Source: Polaribacter sp. (GTDB lineage: Bacteria > Bacteroidota > Bacteroidia > Flavobacteriales > Flavobacteriaceae). From it: a DNA stretch of 46,892 nt. Location: assembly GCA_030731625.1 (NCBI GenBank), contig JANQTQ010000137.1:1-46892 (forward strand), written 5' to 3'. The translations under genes and the position numbers were made by a program. Positions 38,178 to 46,892 of the stretch are shown piece by piece; the stretch's first letter is position 1, and each line of letters opens with the position of its first letter. Under the pieces are notes generated by a model. That model worked only from the letters and a program-made list of their open reading frames with translations, was not told the DNA's origin and did no database searches.

Positions 38178-39974
38178 ATGTCTGCATCCTTAGAACTTCA
38201 AATACAAACTTTACCAAACCAACCTGGTGTTTATCAATATTTTGATAAAGAAGATGTAATTATTTACATTGGTAAAGCCAAAAATTTAAAAAAAAGAGTT
38301 GCTTCTTATTTCAATAAAAACCATGAAAATGGTAAAACGCGTGTTCTTGTTAAAAAAATTGTTAACATAAAACACATTGTTGTAAACACAGAAACAGACG
38401 CGCTTTTATTAGAAAATAACTTAATTAAAAAGTACAAACCAAAGTATAATATTTTATTAAAAGACGATAAAAGTTATCCTTGGCTTTGTATTAAAAACGA
38501 GCGTTTTCCAAGACTTTTTATGACGCGACGGGTTATAAAAGATGGATCGGAATATTTTGGTCCATACACTTCTATGAAAACAGTACGAGTTTTGTTAGAT
38601 TTGATAAAAGAATTGTATCCGTTACGGACTTGCACGTTCGATTTAAGCCAAAGAAACATTAACGAAGGCAAATATAAAGTTTGTTTAGAATATCATTTAA
38701 AAAACTGTAAAGGCGCTTGCGAAGGCTTAGAAACAGAAGCGAAGTACAATGAATCTATCAAAGAAATTAAAAACATTATTAAAGGAAATTTTAAAGAAAG
38801 TCTAGAGAAATTTCAAGAAATGATGTTCGATTTTGCTGAGAAAATGGAGTTTGAAGAGGCGCAAAAAATTAAAGAAAAACTTGATCTATTAGGCAATTAT
38901 CAATCCAAATCTACGATTGTAAATCCTTCAATAAATAATGTAGATGTTTTTTCTATCATTTCTGATGAAACTCACGGATATGCAAATTTTTTAAAAATTT
39001 CTAACGGATCAATTATTCAATCGCACACCACAGAAATCAAGAAAAAATTAGACGAAACAGACAAAGAATTATTAGAGCTTTTTATTGTTGAAATTAGACA
39101 ACGTTTTAACTCGCAATCACCAGAAATTTATGTGCCTTTTAAAGTTGATTTGGGTGAAGATTTAAAAGTAACGATCCCAATTTTGGGAGATAAAAAAAGG
39201 ATTGTAGAATTATCAGAAAGAAATGCAAAATATTATAGGCAAGAGCAATTTAAACAAATTAAAATTGTAGATCCAGACAGACATGTAAAGAGAATTATGG
39301 CGCAAATGAAAAAAGATTTGCGACTTTCTGTTGAGCCAAGACATATTGAATGTTTTGATAATTCGAACATTCAAGGAACAAATCCGGTGGCAGCGTGTGT
39401 GGTTTTTAAAGACGGTAAACCAAGCAAAAAAGACTACAGACATTATAATATTAAAACAGTGGTTGGTCCAGATGATTTTGCATCGATGGAAGAGGTGGTT
39501 TATAGAAGATACAAACGATTGCTGGAAGAAGACGAACCTTTGCCACAACTAATTATTATTGATGGTGGAAAAGGACAATTATCGTCAGCTTTAAAAAGTT
39601 TAGATCTTTTAGGTTTGCGAGGAAAAATTGCCATTATCGGAATTGCAAAACGTTTAGAAGAAATTTACTATCCAGAGGATCCAATTCCTTTATATTTAGA
39701 CAAAAAGTCTGAGACTTTAAAAATTACGCAGTATTTAAGAAATGAAGCACACAGATTTGGGATCACTTTTCATAGAAATAAACGTAGCAAAAGTGCTATC
39801 CAATCTGAGTTAGAACAAATTCCTGATGTTGGTGCACAAACTATTACAACTTTATTGCGTAAATTTAAATCGGCAAAGCGAGTAAAAGAAGCTTCATTAG
39901 AAGATTTAATTACCGAAATAGGAAATGCAAGAGCCATAAAAGTACACGAATTTTATCATCCCAAAAAAGAATGA
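38178..39974 (+). CDS. uvrC: Excinuclease ABC subunit C
   Basis: PGVYQY..YIGKAKNL GIY-YIG, ECFDNSN, IDGGKGQ, RNEAHRF and HhH. Confidence 0.97.
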   Translation: MSASLELQIQTLPNQPGVYQYFDKEDVIIYIGKAKNLKKRVASYFNKNHENGKTRVLVKKIVNIKHIVVNTETDALLLENNLIKKYKPKYNILLKDDKSYPWLCIKNERFPRLFMTRRVIKDGSEYFGPYTSMKTVRVLLDLIKELYPLRTCTFDLSQRNINEGKYKVCLEYHLKNCKGACEGLETEAKYNESIKEIKNIIKGNFKESLEKFQEMMFDFAEKMEFEEAQKIKEKLDLLGNYQSKSTIVNPSINNVDVFSIISDETHGYANFLKISNGSIIQSHTTEIKKKLDETDKELLELFIVEIRQRFNSQSPEIYVPFKVDLGEDLKVTIPILGDKKRIVELSERNAKYYRQEQFKQIKIVDPDRHVKRIMAQMKKDLRLSVEPRHIECFDNSNIQGTNPVAACVVFKDGKPSKKDYRHYNIKTVVGPDDFASMEEVVYRRYKRLLEEDEPLPQLIIIDGGKGQLSSALKSLDLLGLRGKIAIIGIAKRLEEIYYPEDPIPLYLDKKSETLKITQYLRNEAHRFGITFHRNKRSKSAIQSELEQIPDVGAQTITTLLRKFKSAKRVKEASLEDLITEIGNARAIKVHEFYHPKKE

Positions 39975-42169
39975 AAAAACAATTAGTTACCTTTTTTCTG
40001 TTGATTTCAGTAGCTTTATTTAGTCAAGTAAAGCAACCCAAAATCGGTTTGGTTTTAAGCGGTGGTGGTGCAAAAGGTTTTGCTCATATAGGCGTTTTAA
40101 AAGAAATTGACAAAGCAGGAATACAACTAGATTATATTGGCGGTACAAGTATGGGCGCAATCGTTGGTGGTTTATATGCTGCCGGTTATTCTGCAGATCA
40201 AATAGAAACCATTGTAAAAGAAACCGATTTTTTATCACTCGTTAGAGATCAACTACCAAGAAGTTCAGAAACTTTTTTTGAAAAAGAATATGGCGAAAAC
40301 ACCATGATAACTTTACCTGTAAGAAAAGGGGTTATTGGTTTGCCAAAAGCAATTTCTAAAGGACAAAATGTATTAAACTTATTAATAGAACTATTTGATT
40401 CTTTGGATGGAAATCAAGATTTTAAAACATTATCTGTTCCGTTTTTTTGTGTTGCGACGGATGTAGAAACTGGCGGGCAAGTATTGTTAGAAAAAGGTTC
40501 TTTGCCTTTGGCTTTAAGAGCAAGTGGTTCGTTTCCAACATTGTTAAATCCTGTTGCTATTGGTGGTAAATTATTGGTTGATGGCGGAATTGCTAATAAT
40601 TTTCCAATAAGCATCATGAAATCTAAAGGAATAGATATTGTTATTGGTTCGGATGTAGAAGGTAAATTATATAAGAAAGAAAAATTAAACTCTGCTGTTT
40701 CTATTATGAGTCAGATAATGAGTTATCAAATGTATAATAAAACAAAAAAGGAAAAAGAAAACATTGATGTGTATATACATCCAGATATTTCAGATTTTAG
40801 TGTTGTAGATTTTGATAAAAAGGATGAAATTTTAAAAATTGGCATTGATGAAGCGGCTAAGTTTACAAGTGTTTTTAAAGAACTAGCAGCAAAACAAAAA
40901 GTAAAAAGGAAAAGAGTTCCTTTAGTATTAAACAACGATAAGTTTTTAATATCTAGCATTGCTATTGATGGGGCAGAAAATTATACAAGAGCTTTTGTGC
41001 TTGGGAAATTAAAATTAAAAGAAGGAGATAGTGTAACGAGAAGAGAAATTACGAAAAAAATTTACTTACTATCTGCTACTAAAAATTATGAACGAATAGA
41101 ATATAATTTAATAAAAAAGGTTAATAATACTTATTTATTAAGTTTTTATTTGAATGAAACAATAGAAAACGCTGCTTTAAAGCTAGGTGTTCATTACGAT
41201 TTTTTGTATAAATCTAGCGTATTGGCAAATTATAGTCAAAAACATTTATTAGTTAATAATGATAAGTTTTCTGTTGACATGATTTTGGGCGATAATTTAA
41301 GGTATAATTTAAACTATTTTGTAGACAACGGGTTTTATATAAGTTATGGTTTTAGATCTCGATATAATCATTTTACATCAAGTACAAAGGTTAATCCTTT
41401 GGTTTCATCGTTTCCAAATGTAAATAATATCAATTTAAAATATACAGATAACACCAATCAATTTTTTGTGCAAACTACGTTTGATAGAAAATTTGCTTTA
41501 GGATTGGGTACAGAACACAAATACATAAAGGCTACAACAGCAACAATAACAACGAATGATGAAGTTACTATAATTGATAAAAGCCATTACTTTAACACTT
41601 TTGGATATTTGAAATTAGATACTTATGATAAAAAACATTTTCCAACAGAAGGTTATTTTGCAGATTTAAATTTTAAATGGTATATGAGATCTACAGATTA
41701 TAATGAAGATTTTAAAAGTTTTGGACAAGCAAAAGGTACAATAGGGTTTGCAAAAACATTTTGGGATAAGTTTACTTTTCAGATGACGAATGAAGCGGGT
41801 TTTACTTTAGAAAATACACAGTCGCAGGTTTTTAATTTTTATTTAGGCGGCTATAATCAAAATTACATCAATACTTTTACTACTTTTTACGGCTATGATT
41901 TTGCAGAACTTACCGATAAAACCTTTACCAAGTCTGAGTTTAATTTTAGATACGCTTTAACAGATACGCATTATGCAATTTTTATTGCTAATTATGCCAG
42001 ATTAGGAGATAATGTTTTTAGGGATATAGATTTGTTTAAAGATGTTAAATCTGGGTATGCTATAGGATATACTTATAATAGTATTATTGGACCATTAGAA
42101 ATTAAATATAGTTGGTCTCCAGAGGCACATCAAAATTTCTTATTGTTTAATTTAGGGTTTTGGTTCTAA
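39971..42169 (+). CDS. Patatin-POTRA-beta-barrel protein (PlpD/type Vd-like)
   Basis: Signal peptide, GGGAKG, GTSMG, DGG, POTRA-like segment, terminal LGFWF; ATGA overlap with uvrC. Confidence 0.9.
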   Translation: MKKQLVTFFLLISVALFSQVKQPKIGLVLSGGGAKGFAHIGVLKEIDKAGIQLDYIGGTSMGAIVGGLYAAGYSADQIETIVKETDFLSLVRDQLPRSSETFFEKEYGENTMITLPVRKGVIGLPKAISKGQNVLNLLIELFDSLDGNQDFKTLSVPFFCVATDVETGGQVLLEKGSLPLALRASGSFPTLLNPVAIGGKLLVDGGIANNFPISIMKSKGIDIVIGSDVEGKLYKKEKLNSAVSIMSQIMSYQMYNKTKKEKENIDVYIHPDISDFSVVDFDKKDEILKIGIDEAAKFTSVFKELAAKQKVKRKRVPLVLNNDKFLISSIAIDGAENYTRAFVLGKLKLKEGDSVTRREITKKIYLLSATKNYERIEYNLIKKVNNTYLLSFYLNETIENAALKLGVHYDFLYKSSVLANYSQKHLLVNNDKFSVDMILGDNLRYNLNYFVDNGFYISYGFRSRYNHFTSSTKVNPLVSSFPNVNNINLKYTDNTNQFFVQTTFDRKFALGLGTEHKYIKATTATITTNDEVTIIDKSHYFNTFGYLKLDTYDKKHFPTEGYFADLNFKWYMRSTDYNEDFKSFGQAKGTIGFAKTFWDKFTFQMTNEAGFTLENTQSQVFNFYLGGYNQNYINTFTTFYGYDFAELTDKTFTKSEFNFRYALTDTHYAIFIANYARLGDNVFRDIDLFKDVKSGYAIGYTYNSIIGPLEIKYSWSPEAHQNFLLFNLGFWF

Positions 42170-42170
42170 C

Positions 42171-42204
42171 AAAAAAACCATGAATAAAATTCATGGTTTT
42201 TTTT
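42171..42204. terminator. Bidirectional terminator
   Basis: A7-CCATGAAT-AAA-ATTCATGG-T8. Confidence 0.9.
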
Positions 42205-42225
42205 ATTTATATTAAAAAGTTGTCT

Positions 42226-44481
42226 TTACTTTTTGATTTGTTGATAGCTTAAATAAAACTCCTCATAAGTTTGTAATAATTGTATTAAAGCAGTTATTAA
42301 ATCTTTTGTTTCTAATAGGATGCTAAAATATAAAGTAGTGTTTTTAGGACTCGTTTCATCAGTTCTAATTCTTGCCACTTGATTCTCAATAGATTCAGAA
42401 ACATTGTCTAGAAGTTCGTTTTTCTCTTTAAGAAGACTACTAATATCGCCTAAGTTTCTCTTTCCAAAAATGGCAGCTTCTTTCGTTAAAAGCGTAGCTA
42501 ATTTAATATCTATTTGTTTTAAGTCTTTAATTTGTCCTTTCTTAAGGTTTTTATGATTGTTATTTACGTGTTTAAAACTTGCTCTAGAAATATAACTAAT
42601 AGATTGTGCTACATCTTGTAAATATCCTAAAACCATGATATAGAATCTACTAGCTTGCACAGAAGTATCGTCTAAAGATTTAATAAAATAGAAAACACCA
42701 TCTTTTAAATTGTCTATTTCTATATTTAATTTTTCTACGTGTTTATCAGTTTTGCGTAATTTATTTAAATCATGTCTCGCTAAATCATCTACTACATTTG
42801 TATATAATTTATTTACACGACTAATTACTTCTGCAATATGATCTGCACTTTCTTCTATTACTCCATTAATGGTAATTAATTCTGCTCTTTCTAAATATTG
42901 TTGTTTTTTAACTTCTTTAGATTCTTTTCTTAGAGTTAAAGTATTTCTTAACATTAAAAGAGCAACTACGGCTAATAATATAGGAATCATAACCATGTCC
43001 CAACTAATTAAGTAAGCAACAATTGCGGCAGCAAAAAAGGCTACAATAGCTGTTAAAAACCAACCACCAATTACATTCATTACACCTGCAACTCTATACA
43101 CCGCACTTTCACGTCCCCAAGCTCTATCTGCTAGAGATGTTCCCATAGCTACCATGAATGTTACATACGTAGTAGATAATGGCAATTTCATAGAAGTAGC
43201 TACAGAAATTAAGATACCTGCAACTATTAAATTTACAGATGCTCTAATTAAATCGAAAGCAGGTAATTCGTATTTTTTGTCTTTTGGTAATTTTATGACA
43301 GGTTTTTGAAACTTAGAATCTATATATGCTAAAGTAGGTTTAGGTATTACATAACTAAATACTGTATTAAGTGCCATTGCTGTTCTTACAACAATTCTTG
43401 ACAAAGCATTTGGTTGAAATCTTTCATGACCATCTCCTTGACGAGATAAATCTATTCCTGTTTTTATTACATTTTGAGCTTTACTAGAAGTCCATAAAGT
43501 AACCACCATAACAGCACCAGCAATTAACAATAACCAAATATTTGAGGGTACTTTATTCGCTAAAATGCCCATAGAATATGAATCTGCTGCAATGCCAGAA
43601 GCAGCCCAAGCTTCATAAGAGTTCCAAGCAGCAATTGGCACACCAACAAAGTTTACCAAGTCGTTACCAGAAAAGGCCATCGCTAAAGAAAATGTACCAA
43701 CGCCTATAATTAGTTTTAGAACATTTACCTTTAAGAATTGAATTAAAATTTGAGAAATGGTAGACCAAACAATAAAACTTACTGCAAGAATAACGTAAGT
43801 ATTTCCTTCAATTAAATGCTTAACATCTCCGTAAAAATCAGTTCCTTTTAAGCCTTTAATAATTATAAAATAAGTAATTGCGGTAATAGCAAAACCTCCA
43901 AAAAGAGCATTTACATATATAGGCCTTTTCTCAAAATTGAAAGAATATATGAGTCTTGATACAAATTGTACCATTGCTCCCACAGAAAAAGCGACAACAA
44001 CAGAGAGTAAAATTCCGTTAATAATTTCAACAGCTTTTTCATGGTTGATGTAGCTCCAGATATCAGAAATTGAATGAGCGTCGTTTGCAGCGATTTTAAT
44101 TAAAGAAATACAAACTGCAGCTCCTAAAAGTTCAAATACAATAGATACCGTTGTAGATGTTGGCATTCCAAGAGAGTTAAAGATATCTAATAATAGAATA
44201 TCGGTAATCATTACCGCCATAAAAATGATCATAATGTCTTGAAACATAAACATTTCAGGATTAAAAATACCTTTACGCGCTACTTCCATCATTCCACTAG
44301 ATGTAACAGCCCCAAAAAAGACTCCTAAACTAGCAATAATCATGATTTTTTTAACAGGTATTGCTTTAGAGCCTATAGCTGAATTTAAGAAATTAACAGC
44401 GTCGTTACTAACTCCTACAACTAAGTCTACTATGGCTAAAACAGCCAAAGCAACAAGCATTAAAATATATGGATCTCCCAT
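42226..44481 (-). CDS. PiT-family inorganic phosphate transporter with C-terminal PhoU-like helical domain
   Basis: GVSNDAVN and GNDLVN signatures, GMPTSTT and LPLSTT; about 240-aa soluble helical tail. Confidence 0.9.
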   Translation of the reverse strand: MGDPYILMLVALAVLAIVDLVVGVSNDAVNFLNSAIGSKAIPVKKIMIIASLGVFFGAVTSSGMMEVARKGIFNPEMFMFQDIMIIFMAVMITDILLLDIFNSLGMPTSTTVSIVFELLGAAVCISLIKIAANDAHSISDIWSYINHEKAVEIINGILLSVVVAFSVGAMVQFVSRLIYSFNFEKRPIYVNALFGGFAITAITYFIIIKGLKGTDFYGDVKHLIEGNTYVILAVSFIVWSTISQILIQFLKVNVLKLIIGVGTFSLAMAFSGNDLVNFVGVPIAAWNSYEAWAASGIAADSYSMGILANKVPSNIWLLLIAGAVMVVTLWTSSKAQNVIKTGIDLSRQGDGHERFQPNALSRIVVRTAMALNTVFSYVIPKPTLAYIDSKFQKPVIKLPKDKKYELPAFDLIRASVNLIVAGILISVATSMKLPLSTTYVTFMVAMGTSLADRAWGRESAVYRVAGVMNVIGGWFLTAIVAFFAAAIVAYLISWDMVMIPILLAVVALLMLRNTLTLRKESKEVKKQQYLERAELITINGVIEESADHIAEVISRVNKLYTNVVDDLARHDLNKLRKTDKHVEKLNIEIDNLKDGVFYFIKSLDDTSVQASRFYIMVLGYLQDVAQSISYISRASFKHVNNNHKNLKKGQIKDLKQIDIKLATLLTKEAAIFGKRNLGDISSLLKEKNELLDNVSESIENQVARIRTDETSPKNTTLYFSILLETKDLITALIQLLQTYEEFYLSYQQIKK

Positions 44482-44506
44482 TTTTTTATATAATTTTTTA
44501 GTTGTG

Positions 44507-44555
44507 CAAAGTTACAAACACAAAAAATAGTGTATGTTATCTTTATGTTATGTTA
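44507..44555 (-). promoter_or_regulatory. pit promoter: TAACAT-AAAGA-TAACAT (11-bp period) with -7 box TAACTTTG
   Basis: Half-sites start at 44550 and 44539 (minus); -7 box starts at 44514, i.e. 25 nt spacing. Confidence 0.72.
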
Positions 44556-44562
44556 ATCTGCG

Positions 44563-44710
44563 TTAAAAGTGCAACTCTACTTCAATTTTGTAAAGAAATG
44601 TATTCATCTTAAATTCAGTTTCTATAGAACTTATTTTAGTTTTGAATTTTTAAACGATACCCAGATTTTTTAAAGTTAAAACTAGATGGATATTAATTTT
44701 CTGCAGCTTT
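44563..44710 (-). pseudogene. Decayed 3' end of an outer-membrane porin, probably phosphate-selective
   Basis: Minus-strand reading EN*YPSSFNFKKSGYRLKIQ / frameshift / TKISSIETEFKMNTFLYKIEVELHF*; alternating terminal beta strand ending in Phe. Confidence 0.55.
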
Positions 44711-45163
44711 ATAAGTGCTATTTTGCTGTATTATTGCATTCGTTAAAGGTAGACGGAAAAAAAGCTGGCATGTAAGATTAAACAATTTTCAATTTGAATT
44801 GCATCATTGGTTGTTAAATTTGGTTGTAATTGTTTATTGTGTATTTCTGTTCAGAAAAACATTTTTATAAGCTAAAGTTACCTTACTTTTCGGTTTTCAT
44901 GAATTTATCAGTATTCATTTTTATCATCACAAATTACTGAAGATAACCTTAAATTAACTTTATTTTGACGAAATAATCACCTTGTCTAAAAGTTTAAAAT
45001 AATGTAAATACTTTATAAAACTATTCATTTATATGCATATTTAAGCTTCTAGGTTTAAAATAAAATGCAATCTAGAATTGAATTGTATGTGTATCCGAAA
45101 TTAAAAAAATGTTAACCATTTAACGTTTCTTAACTTTAATTTAATGTTTCAATAATACAATGA

Positions 45164-45207
45164 TAATTTACAAATAACATAAAGTTTACAAAACAGACAG
45201 ACTTTTG
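45164..45207 (+). promoter_or_regulatory. TBDR promoter: 11-bp-phased TAATTT/TAACAT/TTACAA with non-canonical -7 box GACTTTTG
   Basis: Half-sites at 45164, 45175 and 45186; -7 box starts at 45200, 25 nt after TAACAT. Confidence 0.68.
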
Positions 45208-45229
45208 CCGAAGTAATTAAACATAAAAA

Positions 45230-46892
45230 ATGAAGAAATTTTTATTTATTATTTTATTAATCTTGAGTCAAGTTTTAAGCGCTCAACAAGGTACTTTAAA
45301 AGGAACATTAACAGATAAAGAAACAAATAATGAACCGTTACCATTTACAAACGTACTTATTAAAGGAACAACTATAGGAGCTACTACAGATTTTGACGGT
45401 AACTACTCTTTAAAAGTACCAGCAGGAAACCATATTGTAGTTTTTAGTTTTTTAGGATACAAAGAAATTCAAAAATCATTTAGCATCAAAGCTGGTGAGA
45501 CTGTGGTAATTAACCAAATATTATCTGCAGAAGAAGGTGTTGCCTTAGATGATATTGTAATTACAGCAACTACAAGTAAAGAATCTGCAAATGCTTTAAT
45601 TATTGAACAACGAAAAGCAGTAGCAATTAAAACAACAATTGGTGCTGAAGAACTGTCTTTAAAGGGAGTTTCTGATGCTGAAGGAGCTGTGGCAAAAACA
45701 GCGGGAGTTTCTAAAGGTTCTAAAAATGTTATTGTTAGAGGTTTAGGCGATCGCTATAATTCTACTACATTAAATGGTTTGCCGTTACCTTCGGAAGATC
45801 CAGAGTATAAAAATATCTCTTTAGATTTTTTTGATACAGGAATTATAAAAAATATTGAAGTTAATAAAGTTTTTACACCAGATTTAAGTGGTGATGTTGC
45901 TGGAGCAAATATTAATATTTCATCAAAAGAATTGGTTAAAAGAAGTATGCTAAATTTAAGTGCTTCTGTTGGTGCAAACTCACAAACAGTTTCTAAAGAA
46001 TTTTTAACAATTGATGGAACAAATAAATTTGGAACACAACCTGTTGGAATTCCTGTAAATGATTTAACAACGTATAGTTTTAATAATTCATGGAAACCAG
46101 CAAGTCAAGATTTTCAATTAAATAATAGTGTTTCTTTTGCTGGAGGTAAAAAATTCGATATCAAAAATGACCAATTAAGCTTTTTTATAGTGGGTGGTTT
46201 TGATGGTAGTTATAATTATGTAGATGGTAATATTAAACAAACCACTAGTTCTGGTGATGTTTTTCAAGATCAAGATTTTACAAAATACGAATATACCGTT
46301 TCTCAAATTTTAATGGCTAACTTAAATTATAAGTTTGAAAATGGTCATAACATAGCGTATAATCATTTATTTATTCATAATAATAAACAATCTATTGGTG
46401 ATTATTTTGGATCTAATAATCCTGAACAAGATGGAGATTTAGAGTTTCAAAGAAGACAACAAACAAATAATAATGAGTTGTATGTAAATCAGTTAATTGC
46501 AAATATTAAGCTTTCTGATAGATTTAACTTTGAAACAAAAGGGTCGTTAAATTTTATTAGAGGAAATGAGCCAGATAGAAGAACTAATAAATACCTTTTT
46601 AGAGACGATTACTTTAGTCCACAAACAAGTTCTGCAGGAGAAAATGAGCGATACTTTTCTAAATTAGAAGAAAATGATTATGCTGCAAATGGTAAATTTT
46701 CATATAATTTAAAAGATGATGAATCGATTAGCGTTATAGAATTTGGTGGAGATTACAGATACACAGAACGTTTGTTTTCTGCGACTATTTTTAACCATGA
46801 TTTTTCTAATCGATTAGCGATCGATATCAATAATCCAGATGCAATTTTCAATCAAAACTCAATTGATACTAATATTTTTGAGTTAGAAACGG
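45230..46892 (+). CDS. TonB-dependent receptor, 5' part (runs off the window end; absent from the ORF track)
   Basis: Manual translation MKKFLFIILLILSQVLSAQQGTLKG...GATTDFDGNY...LDDIVITA...VIVRGLGDRYNSTTLNGLPLPS. Confidence 0.92.
   Translation, partial: MKKFLFIILLILSQVLSAQQGTLKGTLTDKETNNEPLPFTNVLIKGTTIGATTDFDGNYSLKVPAGNHIVVFSFLGYKEIQKSFSIKAGETVVINQILSAEEGVALDDIVITATTSKESANALIIEQRKAVAIKTTIGAEELSLKGVSDAEGAVAKTAGVSKGSKNVIVRGLGDRYNSTTLNGLPLPSEDPEYKNISLDFFDTGIIKNIEVNKVFTPDLSGDVAGANINISSKELVKRSMLNLSASVGANSQTVSKEFLTIDGTNKFGTQPVGIPVNDLTTYSFNNSWKPASQDFQLNNSVSFAGGKKFDIKNDQLSFFIVGGFDGSYNYVDGNIKQTTSSGDVFQDQDFTKYEYTVSQILMANLNYKFENGHNIAYNHLFIHNNKQSIGDYFGSNNPEQDGDLEFQRRQQTNNNELYVNQLIANIKLSDRFNFETKGSLNFIRGNEPDRRTNKYLFRDDYFSPQTSSAGENERYFSKLEENDYAANGKFSYNLKDDESISVIEFGGDYRYTERLFSATIFNHDFSNRLAIDINNPDAIFNQNSIDTNIFELET

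Noticed and set aside
546-44530. Many 60-147-aa antisense or alternate-frame ORFs in the track (e.g. 848-1042, 4596-4910, 7308-7634, 23798-24241, 36261-36689)
   Set aside because: They lie within well-supported genes, have no motifs, and are the shadows expected from codon bias
45055-45095. Second porin C-terminus relic (IQF*IAF, minus strand)
   Set aside because: Only about 7 codons, directly after a putative promoter; could be chance or a decayed 5' end

Overview
AT-rich chromosomal window from a marine Flavobacteriaceae bacterium; gene content, TAnnTTTG promoters and T9SS cargo are Polaribacter-like (inference). Most of it is core genome: hmgA(3' part)-hppD-kynA, DUF3108-like protein, M23 peptidase, pgi, a TonB-dependent receptor plus repeat lipoprotein, plsC-acyl-ACP desaturase, omega-amidase, AddB-like nuclease, USP, MATE, NtrY-like kinase, enoyl-CoA hydratase, HD protein, BrxA/B, DjlA-like co-chaperone, ileS-dksA-(inserted T9SS protein + hypothetical)-lspA, uvrC, PlpD-like patatin, a PiT transporter and a second, truncated TBDR. 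I saw no rRNA, tRNA, CRISPR array, transposase or phage gene. The most notable non-routine structures are: (1) a tandem array of three self-contained transcription units (21.5-24.4 kb) encoding 194-codon secreted proteins made of two T9SS-CTD-like domains, each with a position-conserved operator, promoter and terminator, divergent from an AraC regulator, with one copy broken by a single CAA>TAA; (2) a shared 11-bp-period TAACAT (Pho-box-like) element exactly 25 nt upstream of the -7 box in three promoters (pit and both TBDRs); (3) two copies of a ~78-nt structured element with compensatory changes (Flavo-1-like RNA); (4) a decayed porin relic next to pit; (5) REP-like palindromes and heptamer inverted repeats in the hmgA-hppD-kynA spacers. 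All family assignments are from motif recognition, not database searches.
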